From positions 62,001-126,000 of the IMG/VR virus record IMGVR_UViG_3300001782_000005: a DNA stretch of 64,000 bases. The stretch is one strand, 5' to 3'. Within the stretch, counting starts at the first letter, position 1. Every line of letters begins with the position of its first letter. Below are positions 49,221 through 59,317 of the stretch, in pieces. Made by a program: the position numbers and the translations under genes. The notes beneath the pieces were generated by a model that did no database searches, had not been told where the DNA came from, and saw nothing but the letters and a program-made list of their open reading frames with translations.

Positions 49221-49796
49221 CTATTTATTCACAACTAAACAGAAATTCGATGAATTTCTATCCTCTGGTAATGTAATAATAGAAAATTCATCATTAAACC
49301 AACATTTAACATTCTGATCAAGAAGATCGCTAGAGATGAACTTATTGACTTCTTTAAATTCAGGCATTTGTAATTCTTCATCTTCGATTGTAATTGGATT
49401 AACTTTTCTAACTTTTTCGTCGGTTATATCACCAGCAATTAACTTTGGGTGGGGACAATAGACTATTACTAATCTATCTCCAACCCTTCTAAAAATCTCA
49501 TTCTTAAAGAAATACGCATTTGTGTCAATATCAAACGCGACCTTCTCAGCATCTAATACTCTCTTAATAGATGTGTGTTGTCTACACAGCACACCGTCAT
49601 CTTTTGAATTGCATGGTTCACAATCTGAATTGTCAACACGGTATTTTATTCCTCTTATCTCGAAATTTTTATCTGCAGCTTTCGAGAAGTAATACAATAT
49701 TTTCCTCTTGTTTAGCAAGAACTTGACGACGGTAATCGGGTAGACATCAACATTTAGTCGCTCAACAAACTTCTCGGCAGACATGGACTTTAACAT
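49221..49796 (-). CDS. hypothetical protein
   Basis: CEPC...CRQH motif. Confidence 0.6.
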   Translation of the reverse strand: MLKSMSAEKFVERLNVDVYPITVVKFLLNKRKILYYFSKAADKNFEIRGIKYRVDNSDCEPCNSKDDGVLCRQHTSIKRVLDAEKVAFDIDTNAYFFKNEIFRRVGDRLVIVYCPHPKLIAGDITDEKVRKVNPITIEDEELQMPEFKEVNKFISSDLLDQNVKCWFNDEFSIITLPEDRNSSNFCLVVNK

Positions 49797-49843
49797 ACCG
49801 TTACGACTCCCTTATTAAAACAAAAAAAGTGTTGTCTACTCCA

Positions 49844-49956
49844 GCTAGCGATCACTCGACCACTAGCGCCACTAATTTATCCACTTTTTTTCCAGTATAA
49901 TATCATCGGATAAGTGAATAAATTAGCGGTGCTAGCAGTCGAGTAATCAACGTAGC
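49844..49956 (-). other. long imperfect inverted repeat (RNA hairpin)
   Basis: ~40-bp stem; most mismatches become G-U pairs on the minus strand. Confidence 0.6.
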
Positions 49957-50496
49957 GATGCTAACCTATTTTTTCTTTATCTTTTCCTCTTCTTCTTCCT
50001 TTAATTGTTTCGGAATCCTAACTTTCCATAAACGGGCTGTTTGGAGGACTTTTATTAAATCCTCACTTTTGTTAATCTTGTCAATAATTCTATTCTTAAC
50101 TCTACGAAATAACTTGCTCATAAGCACACCAAGCAAGTAATATCGCTTAGTAACTTGGTATGTAAAGTCCTAACATCATTCTGCCTTAATGTAAGTGTGT
50201 GCGCACATTTTAAATTGAAAAATGATCCAGGTGACTCAGTTATGCTCACAGCCCTTCCCTCCCATCTCTGATTTCTCCACACCTATCGCAGATGTCATAG
50301 ATGTAGTTTCGGTTCAAAAACGACTTGATCACCACCCCGATCTCATTTGACATAAGTGGCATCCCGTTAGCCTCTCTTTGACCTCCTAAATTAGTAATTA
50401 AGTTGGTCAGATCTGCCATGTCTAGATTTTCTGGGAAGGAGTAAGAAAACCTAGGTCTAAACTTGTGCCTATTGTTACTACAATCAAATGGCCACA

Positions 50497-50796
50497 TTAT
50501 GCAGCTCCTGTTACGTTTTTGATTCCTGCACAATTATCCCCCTTGGCCACCATTAAACCTTGATCAACTCTCTGATCTAAAGTTTGTTTTACATCAGGTG
50601 ACATTTTTCCACAGCCCCATCCTTTTGGTCCCATAAGGAGATATCTACAGGTTTCTTCACTTCCAGGTCTACATACTTTTAAAACATACTCATCATCTAT
50701 AAAAAACTCCAATCTACCCTCCTTTCTGCCAACGGAAAATTTTCTATACTCAAGAAAACATAGTTGAGTTTTACTTGAGTTATTATTTGAGAGCAA
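50497..50796 (-). CDS. hypothetical Cys-rich phage protein
   Basis: VCRPG...TCRYL...WGCGK...AKGDNC. Confidence 0.55.
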   Translation of the reverse strand: MLSNNNSSKTQLCFLEYRKFSVGRKEGRLEFFIDDEYVLKVCRPGSEETCRYLLMGPKGWGCGKMSPDVKQTLDQRVDQGLMVAKGDNCAGIKNVTGAA

Positions 50797-50872
50797 TGCA
50801 CCCAGGTGATTAACCTCAACGGACCGCTAAAAAATGCAGCCCTCCCAAGCGACTTACATGCTCAAGTCTACA

Positions 50873-50980
50873 AAAAAGAAAGACAGTAATTGTTGGTAAA
50901 TAAATTTTTTTCTATGAAAGGGGGGATTTCCTCTTAGGAAATTAACTAAATAAAAAACCAACAACTACTATCCTTCTTAG
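50873..50980 (-). ncRNA. candidate small RNA with closing stem, C-rich bubble and U-tract
   Basis: GATAGTAGTTGTTGGT/ACCAACAATTACTGTC stem, ATTTCC/GGAAAT hairpin, CCCCCTTTCAT, TTTTTT. Confidence 0.45.
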
Positions 50981-50982
50981 TA

Positions 50983-50996
50983 ATTAATATATATAG
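50983..50996 (-). promoter_or_regulatory. candidate phage promoter CTATATATATTAAT
   Basis: Exact 14-mer repeated at 63136..63149; both copies intergenic. Confidence 0.45.
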
Positions 50997-51018
50997 AAGG
51001 TTCTCAGTTTCCAAAAAA

Positions 51019-51282
51019 TTAACTAAGGTCAAGAGACGTTGGTTTGTTATAATTTTCAAGGTTAAACTTCAATGTACCTTTCTGAAAACTATCAGAAGCA
51101 TTTTTCATCATGTCTTTTGTATGAATAGGCATATCAGAATCAGTTACATGGAGGAGAAGTCCACCCTTAAATGAAAATACGACTCCATCTGGAGTATGAT
51201 CAACTCCAATTAAGTCTTGTCTATCACATTCAATTTTGACAGAACCTTTCGAGACATTAATTTTATCAATTTTGCTCATCAA
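51019..51282 (-). CDS. hypothetical protein
   Basis: ATGA overlap with upstream gene. Confidence 0.6.
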   Translation of the reverse strand: MMSKIDKINVSKGSVKIECDRQDLIGVDHTPDGVVFSFKGGLLLHVTDSDMPIHTKDMMKNASDSFQKGTLKFNLENYNKPTSLDLS

Positions 51283-51875
51283 AATTCTCCTTCGATCATT
51301 CTCAATGAAATCAATGACTTGTTCTTCTCACTGGCCCTAATGAACCATTCAATCAGTTTGTCTTTTATATATGTTCTAAGAAATATAGCAAATAACTGCT
51401 CAGAGTCATAAGTTTCAATCTGATTTGTAATTGCTTCCACCAGTTGATTTCCGTTATCATAACAATATTGTTCAATATTAACCCCTCTAGGATCTACTTT
51501 TAAATATTTCCAAACATCTCCAATAAACTCAACATGATTAAACTCTAGAAACTTTATTAGGTTATAAACCTCGTCAAAATGATATTGATTTTCTAACTCA
51601 ACTCTCTCCGGAAATTCAAAATCATATATCTCTAGTACCTTCTTAAGAATATGTTGACAAAGTACTTGCTGAGCTTCAAAAGGCCTTAATCTAATATCTG
51701 TTATAAAATTTTGGTATATCTCTTTAAACTCGTCCTTACCAATTGCATGAAGAAATTCTAGGAGATCGTATTTAAGAATATTATCAGCAGTATACTCATA
51801 TTGCGTTATATCCGAATCAACCTCAGGTGAAGGATCAACATATGCAGTTAGAACCTTAAGATTAGCATCAGGCAT
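51279..51875 (-). CDS. hypothetical protein downstream of RNAP beta (set 2)
   Basis: 198-aa ORF starting 2 nt after the beta stop. Confidence 0.65.
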   Translation of the reverse strand: MPDANLKVLTAYVDPSPEVDSDITQYEYTADNILKYDLLEFLHAIGKDEFKEIYQNFITDIRLRPFEAQQVLCQHILKKVLEIYDFEFPERVELENQYHFDEVYNLIKFLEFNHVEFIGDVWKYLKVDPRGVNIEQYCYDNGNQLVEAITNQIETYDSEQLFAIFLRTYIKDKLIEWFIRASEKNKSLISLRMIEGEF

Positions 51876-51877
51876 AT

Positions 51878-54800
51878 TTATCTCCCTGAAAGCATCATTG
51901 CTGTAAAGTAGCTGTCTAACACTTCTCCAGCTGGATTAATTTTCGGTTCCTTATATCCAGCACTTCCAGTTTGGACAATCTCAGATATAATTTCATTTTT
52001 TGTAACATGATCATCACTTAGAGGACCCATCATCTCAGCAAGAAGAGAAGGACAATTATAAGAAATGAGAGAATATGTTTCTGCCTCTCCCATTCTCTGT
52101 CCACCCCCTCTTCTTTTTCCAGCAGTTGGTTGAAGAGTCTTGGGTTTCACTGGCCCAGTACTTCTACTATGAATTTTCAAATCTCCAATATGCTCAAGTT
52201 TATAGATATACATATAACCAACTGGAACATCTGATCTAGTCCTAGTATTATATTCTGGTATAAATAGTTTATATCCAGGTTTTAGATTTAACATCTTAAG
52301 AACGGCTTGAATTGCTTGATGACTTGGTGCCTTAAACGGTGGAATTACAATAGGCACTGCCTTCTTCTGATTTATCTGATTCAACATTTGTTTATATCTA
52401 GTTGGTGATAATTTTAAAATACCGTTGGCTAAAGAATTAGAATATTCATTATTCTTCGATGTATCTAATCTATTCATAACTCTTTTAACTAGAGCTGCTA
52501 CCTGATCTTGCTTCTTTATCTCAAGGAATCTCCTAGCTAATTCTCTAGATACTAAACCACAATATAACTCATATAATTGACCTAAATTCATTCTTCCAAG
52601 TATTCCAAGAGGATTTAAGATAACTTCAACTCTCTCACCCCAAGGAGTTCTTGGCATCTCATTAGCTGGTTCAACTAAAGATACAATTCCTTTATTGCCA
52701 AACCTATTACATAGTTTATCCCCAAGACCTATCCTCAATTCCTGCTCAATCTTAAACCTTACTAAAATTCCCTTAATTGTCTCGCCCCTTACAGAAAACT
52801 TTTCTTTTGGGGCTACTCCATATTTTCTCCTTGTCCTTGAGATCAAATTCTTCAATTGCGGAAATTTTGTCTCACCAATATTTGAGAATACCTCAATTTC
52901 AACAACTCTACCACCAGGACTTTTAAGAGTATAAATTCCTCCAGCTATAGCCTCACCCTCATCTTCTTCATACCCAAGCAATTCTTCAATTTCTCCAATA
53001 GTTCTCCTAAGTAGAGGTTCTCCTTTCTTTGTATCTTGACCGATCCCGACTATACTAATCAAACGATCATCTTTTGAAACTAGAGTGTCTTCAGTTAAAC
53101 CATGCAGAGAAGTTAACTTATCGCCTGATATTAAACTATCACTTATGACTATTCCGTCCTCAAAGTTATAACCTTTATAAGGCATCATTGCGGTTAGAAG
53201 ACTTCTGCCCAAGCACATTGTTCCGCCAGAAAGAGCACTACCTTCAGCAACAATTTGATTCTTTTTAACAGTCTGACCAATTTTCACAGTAGGCTTAAAT
53301 ACACTAAGAGTATCCTTACTCGTCCCAGACCTGAGATGAGCAGGACTAAGATCAATTGATTGTGCTCTGCCCGCACTACAATCAATCATCATCCTATCCG
53401 ACGTAATAGATTTAACTTTCCCTGCACACGGAGACCTTTTCACATAAACGTCTGATAGAACATTAGGTAAGACGGATTCATAACCAGACTGAACATCGGG
53501 TGGTTCGGGGTTCTTTAATGGCAATGCCTGTCTAGATTGATTAGCTGCCATCATAACCCTAACTCCATCATTATTCTCAATGAATGGAATCATAGCTGTA
53601 GAAACTGATAACATACCGGAGTACTCAGTATTAGTAGCAGGTTTTGTTTGAAATAAACCTCTAGCTGAAGTAATAAGAGCATTTACTGTTAGATGTTGTG
53701 TAATACCAATACTATCACTCTCCGGAGTATCTAACGGATCAATATTGCCGAAATATGATCTATGTACATTAAGAGCGGCTCCCTGCATTGCTCGTTTGTC
53801 CGGAATACCCCCAATATTTCTTCCTATTGGAGTGGTCCTTGTCATAACCGCCATCTCTTCAATTGGATTAACATACTCCATATCAACAACAATTTGAGAG
53901 TTTATAAAATCGCTCAATAGTTTACCTGGGACAATTCTAAGAGTAGCTTTAGTGTTTCCAGCAAGAACTTGTTCCTTATACTCAGTATATGCAGCTAATA
54001 CCTGTTTTAAAGCGAAATGTGCAAGAACTTCTGATGCTCTTATCCTCTGTTGTGATAAATCATTTCTATCTTCTACATAACCCTCTATAACCTTTGTGGC
54101 CATATATTTCATAATCATATAGAGATCTGTAGGTAATTGCTTATTCATAAGTACTTGTTTTGCAATCGGATCAACAATATTCTCAACATTAGACATGATA
54201 TGAAATGTAGAAGCAATGCGACCAGTCATCGCAATAATTAAACTATTCCAATATTGTTTGTCGGGAAACGGGGCTTCTATATTATATAAATAAGGTTTAG
54301 CTTGAATCAGAGATTGACAAAGTTCTTCTTTGAGTTCATTATTAGTACCATCAAAAAATACAGCTTGAGTTTCATTAACCCTTACACCAAATTCAGTTTT
54401 CTTAATTACCTTTGTTTCCTCAATCCTATACTTTATACCATATAATTTTAAAGTCTGCTCAAAACCAAATGCAAAGGATAAAACTGCAAGGAATGGAAGC
54501 CGATAGGTCATAAATATTTCCAAATAATTTTTCTTTCTACCCCGTTTACTATAAATACGAAATATCGAATAAATACTTTCAAACTTAGATTCGTATGGTT
54601 TTGGAAATGTAATCGGATTCTGAATCATTTGATTGATTAAACATTTTCTCCTGCCGTGAATACTAAAAGTTCCTGAGACAGGGTCAATCTTGGGCATCTC
54701 CATCTCGATAGTATGTATATTTCCATACTTATCTTCCAATACTACTATCATAATACTAACATCTGATTTATCTAATTCTCCCTTCCTGGTTGGTTTGTCA

Positions 54801-55972
54801 ACTATCTTTATAGATTTAATTTTTATAGGTATTTCTTTCTTCTCAAGAGTTCTAAAGACGTTCGTCATATCTTTTCTTAAATTTGTCGAGAAATCTACCT
54901 GTCTCTTCTCAAAAAGATGTTCTGGAGATTTTTTATCAACCATTTTTGGAACATTAGCTGTTTGAACAACAATATCATCAGTTGTACTAACAGTTGGTTT
55001 TGGTTTCAAAACTTCGTCAATAAATGCTTTATCAATAGCTTTCAGAGCTATAATTCTCTTTTCTCTTGGAATAGCTTTTGCAATCTTTTTGGATCTTTCA
55101 ATATCTCCACTAGTATTATAAAGAATCGAAGCAGTAGCAACTTCTTCAACTTCATCTGGTTTAATTTCTTTACTAACAACTTTTTCAGCAGTCTGTTTAT
55201 CTTTATTAAAGAAAGCAGCAATAGAGTCTTTTACTTTAGCTTGGTTCTTAGCAGGTATATGTTTAGCAACTTTAGTCATAACTTCTTCGGTTGCTGCCTT
55301 TATATTCTCTTCCTCTTCTTTTTCCAGATCAATTGATTTGATATTTCTAATATATGTAAGCATCCTTTGAAGATTGAAATCTCTATTTCTAACTAAGAGT
55401 CTATATTTTGTGCTTGATTCATCAATGGTTCCATATAGGAGATGATCAAAAGTTGCACCTTCAGATTTCATCATCTGAAGGATTGGAAAAATCTTCCTAT
55501 TACGAAGCGAATTAAACTCCTTTGTAGCATCCACAGTATATAAGAGAATTTTTAAATAATCTGGAGAAAAACTATTAAGAGTTTTAAATAAAACATTCTT
55601 TAAAAGAAAACCAGCTCTCTGTCTATAATTAATTGGTTTATAAACAGTATCAATCGCAACTAAATATTGTGATAAATCATAAAAAAGATTTCTATTCTGT
55701 GGAAACTTCATATTTGTTGAATATGCCATTAAACCTAATGTCTTATATGCTTTTCTAACTTCTCCAACTAATCTCGTTCTAGGAATCTTAGTAACCGGAA
55801 CAAGGACATATCGAACATCAACTCGCCTTATTCCCAATTTTGGATAATCATCTAAAAAATTTGAATTCTCACTAAAATATATAAGTAGAGTTTTCTTCTT
55901 ATCCATAGGAAATCGAAGGCCAGTAGCAACTTGACTATATAACTTAAGTTTATCAACTCTAAAAATAGCCAT
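51878..55972 (-). CDS. rpoB: DNA-directed RNA polymerase beta-like subunit (set 2) with ~350-aa N-terminal extension
   Basis: GNIDPLDTPE, PFIENND..R.MM.ANQSRQ, GYNFEDG, GDKLCNRFGNKG, GRMNLGQ, GGQRMGEAE. Confidence 0.95.
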   Translation of the reverse strand: MAIFRVDKLKLYSQVATGLRFPMDKKKTLLIYFSENSNFLDDYPKLGIRRVDVRYVLVPVTKIPRTRLVGEVRKAYKTLGLMAYSTNMKFPQNRNLFYDLSQYLVAIDTVYKPINYRQRAGFLLKNVLFKTLNSFSPDYLKILLYTVDATKEFNSLRNRKIFPILQMMKSEGATFDHLLYGTIDESSTKYRLLVRNRDFNLQRMLTYIRNIKSIDLEKEEEENIKAATEEVMTKVAKHIPAKNQAKVKDSIAAFFNKDKQTAEKVVSKEIKPDEVEEVATASILYNTSGDIERSKKIAKAIPREKRIIALKAIDKAFIDEVLKPKPTVSTTDDIVVQTANVPKMVDKKSPEHLFEKRQVDFSTNLRKDMTNVFRTLEKKEIPIKIKSIKIVDKPTRKGELDKSDVSIMIVVLEDKYGNIHTIEMEMPKIDPVSGTFSIHGRRKCLINQMIQNPITFPKPYESKFESIYSIFRIYSKRGRKKNYLEIFMTYRLPFLAVLSFAFGFEQTLKLYGIKYRIEETKVIKKTEFGVRVNETQAVFFDGTNNELKEELCQSLIQAKPYLYNIEAPFPDKQYWNSLIIAMTGRIASTFHIMSNVENIVDPIAKQVLMNKQLPTDLYMIMKYMATKVIEGYVEDRNDLSQQRIRASEVLAHFALKQVLAAYTEYKEQVLAGNTKATLRIVPGKLLSDFINSQIVVDMEYVNPIEEMAVMTRTTPIGRNIGGIPDKRAMQGAALNVHRSYFGNIDPLDTPESDSIGITQHLTVNALITSARGLFQTKPATNTEYSGMLSVSTAMIPFIENNDGVRVMMAANQSRQALPLKNPEPPDVQSGYESVLPNVLSDVYVKRSPCAGKVKSITSDRMMIDCSAGRAQSIDLSPAHLRSGTSKDTLSVFKPTVKIGQTVKKNQIVAEGSALSGGTMCLGRSLLTAMMPYKGYNFEDGIVISDSLISGDKLTSLHGLTEDTLVSKDDRLISIVGIGQDTKKGEPLLRRTIGEIEELLGYEEDEGEAIAGGIYTLKSPGGRVVEIEVFSNIGETKFPQLKNLISRTRRKYGVAPKEKFSVRGETIKGILVRFKIEQELRIGLGDKLCNRFGNKGIVSLVEPANEMPRTPWGERVEVILNPLGILGRMNLGQLYELYCGLVSRELARRFLEIKKQDQVAALVKRVMNRLDTSKNNEYSNSLANGILKLSPTRYKQMLNQINQKKAVPIVIPPFKAPSHQAIQAVLKMLNLKPGYKLFIPEYNTRTRSDVPVGYMYIYKLEHIGDLKIHSRSTGPVKPKTLQPTAGKRRGGGQRMGEAETYSLISYNCPSLLAEMMGPLSDDHVTKNEIISEIVQTGSAGYKEPKINPAGEVLDSYFTAMMLSGR

Positions 55973-56325
55973 TATTTCTCCACTCTTATTGAATCTTCCT
56001 CATTATGTGTAGTAGCTACCTCAACAAACTGACAATCAGTAACTCCTTTAAATCTATGTTTTTGACCCGGAAAAACTCTATGAGATTGACTAGCGCCCAA
56101 GACAAAAGTTTCACCTTCGACATCCAATAAAAGTGCTCCATTTAGAATATAAAATGTTTCATCTTTTATTGGATGGTAATGATAACGACCCTTTGAGGAC
56201 CACTTTCCCTTTTTTATTGTTATGAGTTTTCCACAATATTTATCATTGTTCTCAAACCATAACTCGCTTCCCCATGTCTTCTCGACTAACTTATGTTCGC
56301 GCTTCATGCTACCTTCCTTTGACAA
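55972..56325 (-). CDS. cupin-fold protein
   Basis: KTWGSE...HYHPIKDETFYI...HRF...EV. Confidence 0.85.
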   Translation of the reverse strand: MSKEGSMKREHKLVEKTWGSELWFENNDKYCGKLITIKKGKWSSKGRYHYHPIKDETFYILNGALLLDVEGETFVLGASQSHRVFPGQKHRFKGVTDCQFVEVATTHNEEDSIRVEK

Positions 56326-59317
56326 GTGTTCCTGTTACGACTTTTTCAAGAATACTAGGTTCAAATTTCCGGTCAGCTGTTAAACCCGTCCATACAGCTT
56401 TTCTTATATCTTCAAAAGCTACAGAATGGACAAATCCTGTAGTAAAGACGATCTCCTTAAAATTTATCATTATTGGATCCCAAGTTTTCCCTAATCGAGC
56501 AGGAATACTAGTATCAGATCTGTCTCTTAATACATTTGATATAAGTACCTCAAGGTGAACAATATCCATACCAGACATTTCTTTATAAACAGCAAATAAT
56601 TTTCTAAATAGATGACTAACGTCTTTATAAACTTCTCTCCCTGCCAATAATCTTGTAACATAATTAACTTGTTTCTCAATATCTACAGCCTCAAGAGTTA
56701 CTTCAAGAATATAAGTATTTGCAGAAAAATATAGTTTAAGAGCTTCCCGACCAACCTTCTCCATATTTCTTGCTTGAATCTCAACTGGATAATCTAGAGC
56801 AATGCTAAATTGAATATCCTCATAATCTATCTGGCATAAAAGACTCTTGACCCAAATCTTCCCATTGTCAATTCTTATATCGTTATTCATATCATAAATT
56901 GACAAATCAATAGTTATAACACAATCTTTCTTTGTAACCAGAAAACTTTCTTGTTGCTCTAGGTATTTCTTCGCAGCAATTTCTGTAAGCATTGGTTCAT
57001 TATCAGAAATATCTTTTATCATATCTTTTTTACGAATCTCAACTGCTCCACCAGTATGAAAAGTCCTCATTATTAACTGAGTTCCACGTTCTCCAATCAC
57101 TTGCGAGGCAATCATTCCTATATACGGACTTTTATGCCTTTCAACTAGGCGACCATAACAAGTATGACAAACTTTAGGAGTTAAACAATAAATGGGAGTT
57201 CGGAGATTAACTATATCTCCACTCTTATAGTCAGCAGTATTAAACGGTTCTACTCGACCTTTCTCAATGATATATCTTCCAAACATACGACCCATTAAAT
57301 CTTTATCAAGTTTTAGATCCACAGTTCGATCAGTTCTGCAATCCCTTACTGTCCTATTAAGTTCAACAGAATCTAAAACATATGCCAACTGTCTAGAAAA
57401 ATAACCTGTCTCAGCAGTATTGTGCACTCGATCTATAATACCTCTTCTAGATCCATAGGTCTGATTAAAAAATTCAGTATTCTTTAAACCATCTGAAAAC
57501 GAACCTTTAATAGGATCTAATATCTTTCCCGTAGGATCTGATACAATGCCCTTTGCAACAAGTATCTGCATTGGGCCTCCCCAACCCTTTGCAGAACCAG
57601 ATTCAACTAAATCATATATACCTTTATCTTGCAAATGTTTCTTTAAAATTTTCTCCATCTTTCGGAGAATAGTATCTGCTTCCTCAGTGGAGGCCTTATC
57701 TAAATCTTTCTTTAGCTGATATATTTCATCCGGGAGTTCAATCTGGTCTAGCGAAATAGTTGGAGACATTATTGTTGCAAATTTAAACCCAACTTTTTCT
57801 AATCTAGAAACACTTTCCCTAACTAAATCATCATCATATTTCGCAAACAATTTATCTACTGTATCTTTAACAACTTTCTTCGTTACTATTTCATTAATAA
57901 ATTCAAAGTCTTGAGGAAAACAACTATTAAAAATAGCCCTACCCATTGTAGTTCTGCGTCTTCTATATATAACTGGAATATAAGGATCAGTAGCCTTTTG
58001 TAAATCTTCATCACTAACTGAAATAGGTGAAGCGGTCCTTTTTACATCTTTAGTAATAGTATATAAACCCACATACATTTCTTTACTAAGTTCAAAAGTT
58101 ACTGCTCGTGAAGATTCTCCAGACTGAGCTCTCATCATTTTCTCTATAGCCTCAGCCTGAGATTCATTTGTGAGAGGGTGATATATAGCCATCGTATCAC
58201 CATCAAAATCAGCATTAAATCCACCCACTTGCATAGTGCATACTTGGATTGTATCGCCATGTACTAATTTTGGTTTAAAAGCTCTAATGGACTCTGGATG
58301 CAATACAGGATCTCGTTTTGCAAGAACTGCTCTACCAGTTATAACAACTTCTGTTGCATCAGTAAATAAGTCATATAAACTTTTGGGAATCTTATCTCCA
58401 TCTCTGATTGATTTCAGAACTCTCTGAATACTATCAACAGACAAGTCTAAGTCTGTAGCTTCCTTAACTTCTCTCTCAAGAGTTGCACGATCAACCTTCC
58501 CAGAATATAATAAGTGATGGATAATAAAAGGTTCAAAAAGACTAACTGCCATTCTAAATGGAAGACCAATTTCATTGACTTTTAAATCAGGTCCTGGTGT
58601 AATTACTGCACGCCCTGAAAAATCAACTCTTTTGCCTGCTAACTGTTCACGAATAATACCATTCTTTTTTGCTATCTTTGCTCTAACAAATTTATCATGG
58701 TCAATAACTGCAGATTGTAAGCCCCAATTTAATAAATCAAAAAGAGGGCCAGTTTTAGCTGAACTCTGAACCTGAAATGAACGACGCATAATTGCAAGAT
58801 AAATATCATTCATCTCATCAATTATCCAATTGCCTGCATCATCTTGAAAAGCAGATCTAAAATCTGGAGGAATAATAGGTAGTTTATCAATGAAGAGAGT
58901 TTTCTTATTATATGCGTCTTGAAGAACTTTGATAAATTTTTGTCTTTGGCTAGTATCAATACGAAATTTAATGTCTGGAAATAAATCAATAAATGCTTTT
59001 ATTCCGGTCACACCTCCAGACTCAATTTTCAACCGACCGCTGCCATCCAATACAAATTGTTCTTCTGCTGACAGGAATTTTTCGGCTTTCTTATCTAATT
59101 GAACTAAAATTGTATATGCAGAAGGGTGGACAATTTTTGTATAGAGATTTATATACGAGTATTTTGTCCTTCTATCTCTAGATCCAACAGGGCCAAAGAT
59201 CTGCTCAGAGAATAGTCCCTCTGGATGAAATTCTCCTGTTCTCAGCAAATAGTCAGTTGAAGTAACTGGAGTCAAACCTTTGACGAATTTATCAACGTCA
59301 AGGAGTCTAATCATCAC
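56309..59317 (-). CDS. rpoC: DNA-directed RNA polymerase beta'-like subunit (set 2)
   Basis: GLFSEQIFGP, GKRVDFSGRAVI, KRDPVLH, NADFDGDTM, TGYFSRQL, TQLIMRTFHTGG. Confidence 0.96.
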   Translation of the reverse strand: MMIRLLDVDKFVKGLTPVTSTDYLLRTGEFHPEGLFSEQIFGPVGSRDRRTKYSYINLYTKIVHPSAYTILVQLDKKAEKFLSAEEQFVLDGSGRLKIESGGVTGIKAFIDLFPDIKFRIDTSQRQKFIKVLQDAYNKKTLFIDKLPIIPPDFRSAFQDDAGNWIIDEMNDIYLAIMRRSFQVQSSAKTGPLFDLLNWGLQSAVIDHDKFVRAKIAKKNGIIREQLAGKRVDFSGRAVITPGPDLKVNEIGLPFRMAVSLFEPFIIHHLLYSGKVDRATLEREVKEATDLDLSVDSIQRVLKSIRDGDKIPKSLYDLFTDATEVVITGRAVLAKRDPVLHPESIRAFKPKLVHGDTIQVCTMQVGGFNADFDGDTMAIYHPLTNESQAEAIEKMMRAQSGESSRAVTFELSKEMYVGLYTITKDVKRTASPISVSDEDLQKATDPYIPVIYRRRRTTMGRAIFNSCFPQDFEFINEIVTKKVVKDTVDKLFAKYDDDLVRESVSRLEKVGFKFATIMSPTISLDQIELPDEIYQLKKDLDKASTEEADTILRKMEKILKKHLQDKGIYDLVESGSAKGWGGPMQILVAKGIVSDPTGKILDPIKGSFSDGLKNTEFFNQTYGSRRGIIDRVHNTAETGYFSRQLAYVLDSVELNRTVRDCRTDRTVDLKLDKDLMGRMFGRYIIEKGRVEPFNTADYKSGDIVNLRTPIYCLTPKVCHTCYGRLVERHKSPYIGMIASQVIGERGTQLIMRTFHTGGAVEIRKKDMIKDISDNEPMLTEIAAKKYLEQQESFLVTKKDCVITIDLSIYDMNNDIRIDNGKIWVKSLLCQIDYEDIQFSIALDYPVEIQARNMEKVGREALKLYFSANTYILEVTLEAVDIEKQVNYVTRLLAGREVYKDVSHLFRKLFAVYKEMSGMDIVHLEVLISNVLRDRSDTSIPARLGKTWDPIMINFKEIVFTTGFVHSVAFEDIRKAVWTGLTADRKFEPSILEKVVTGTLVKGR

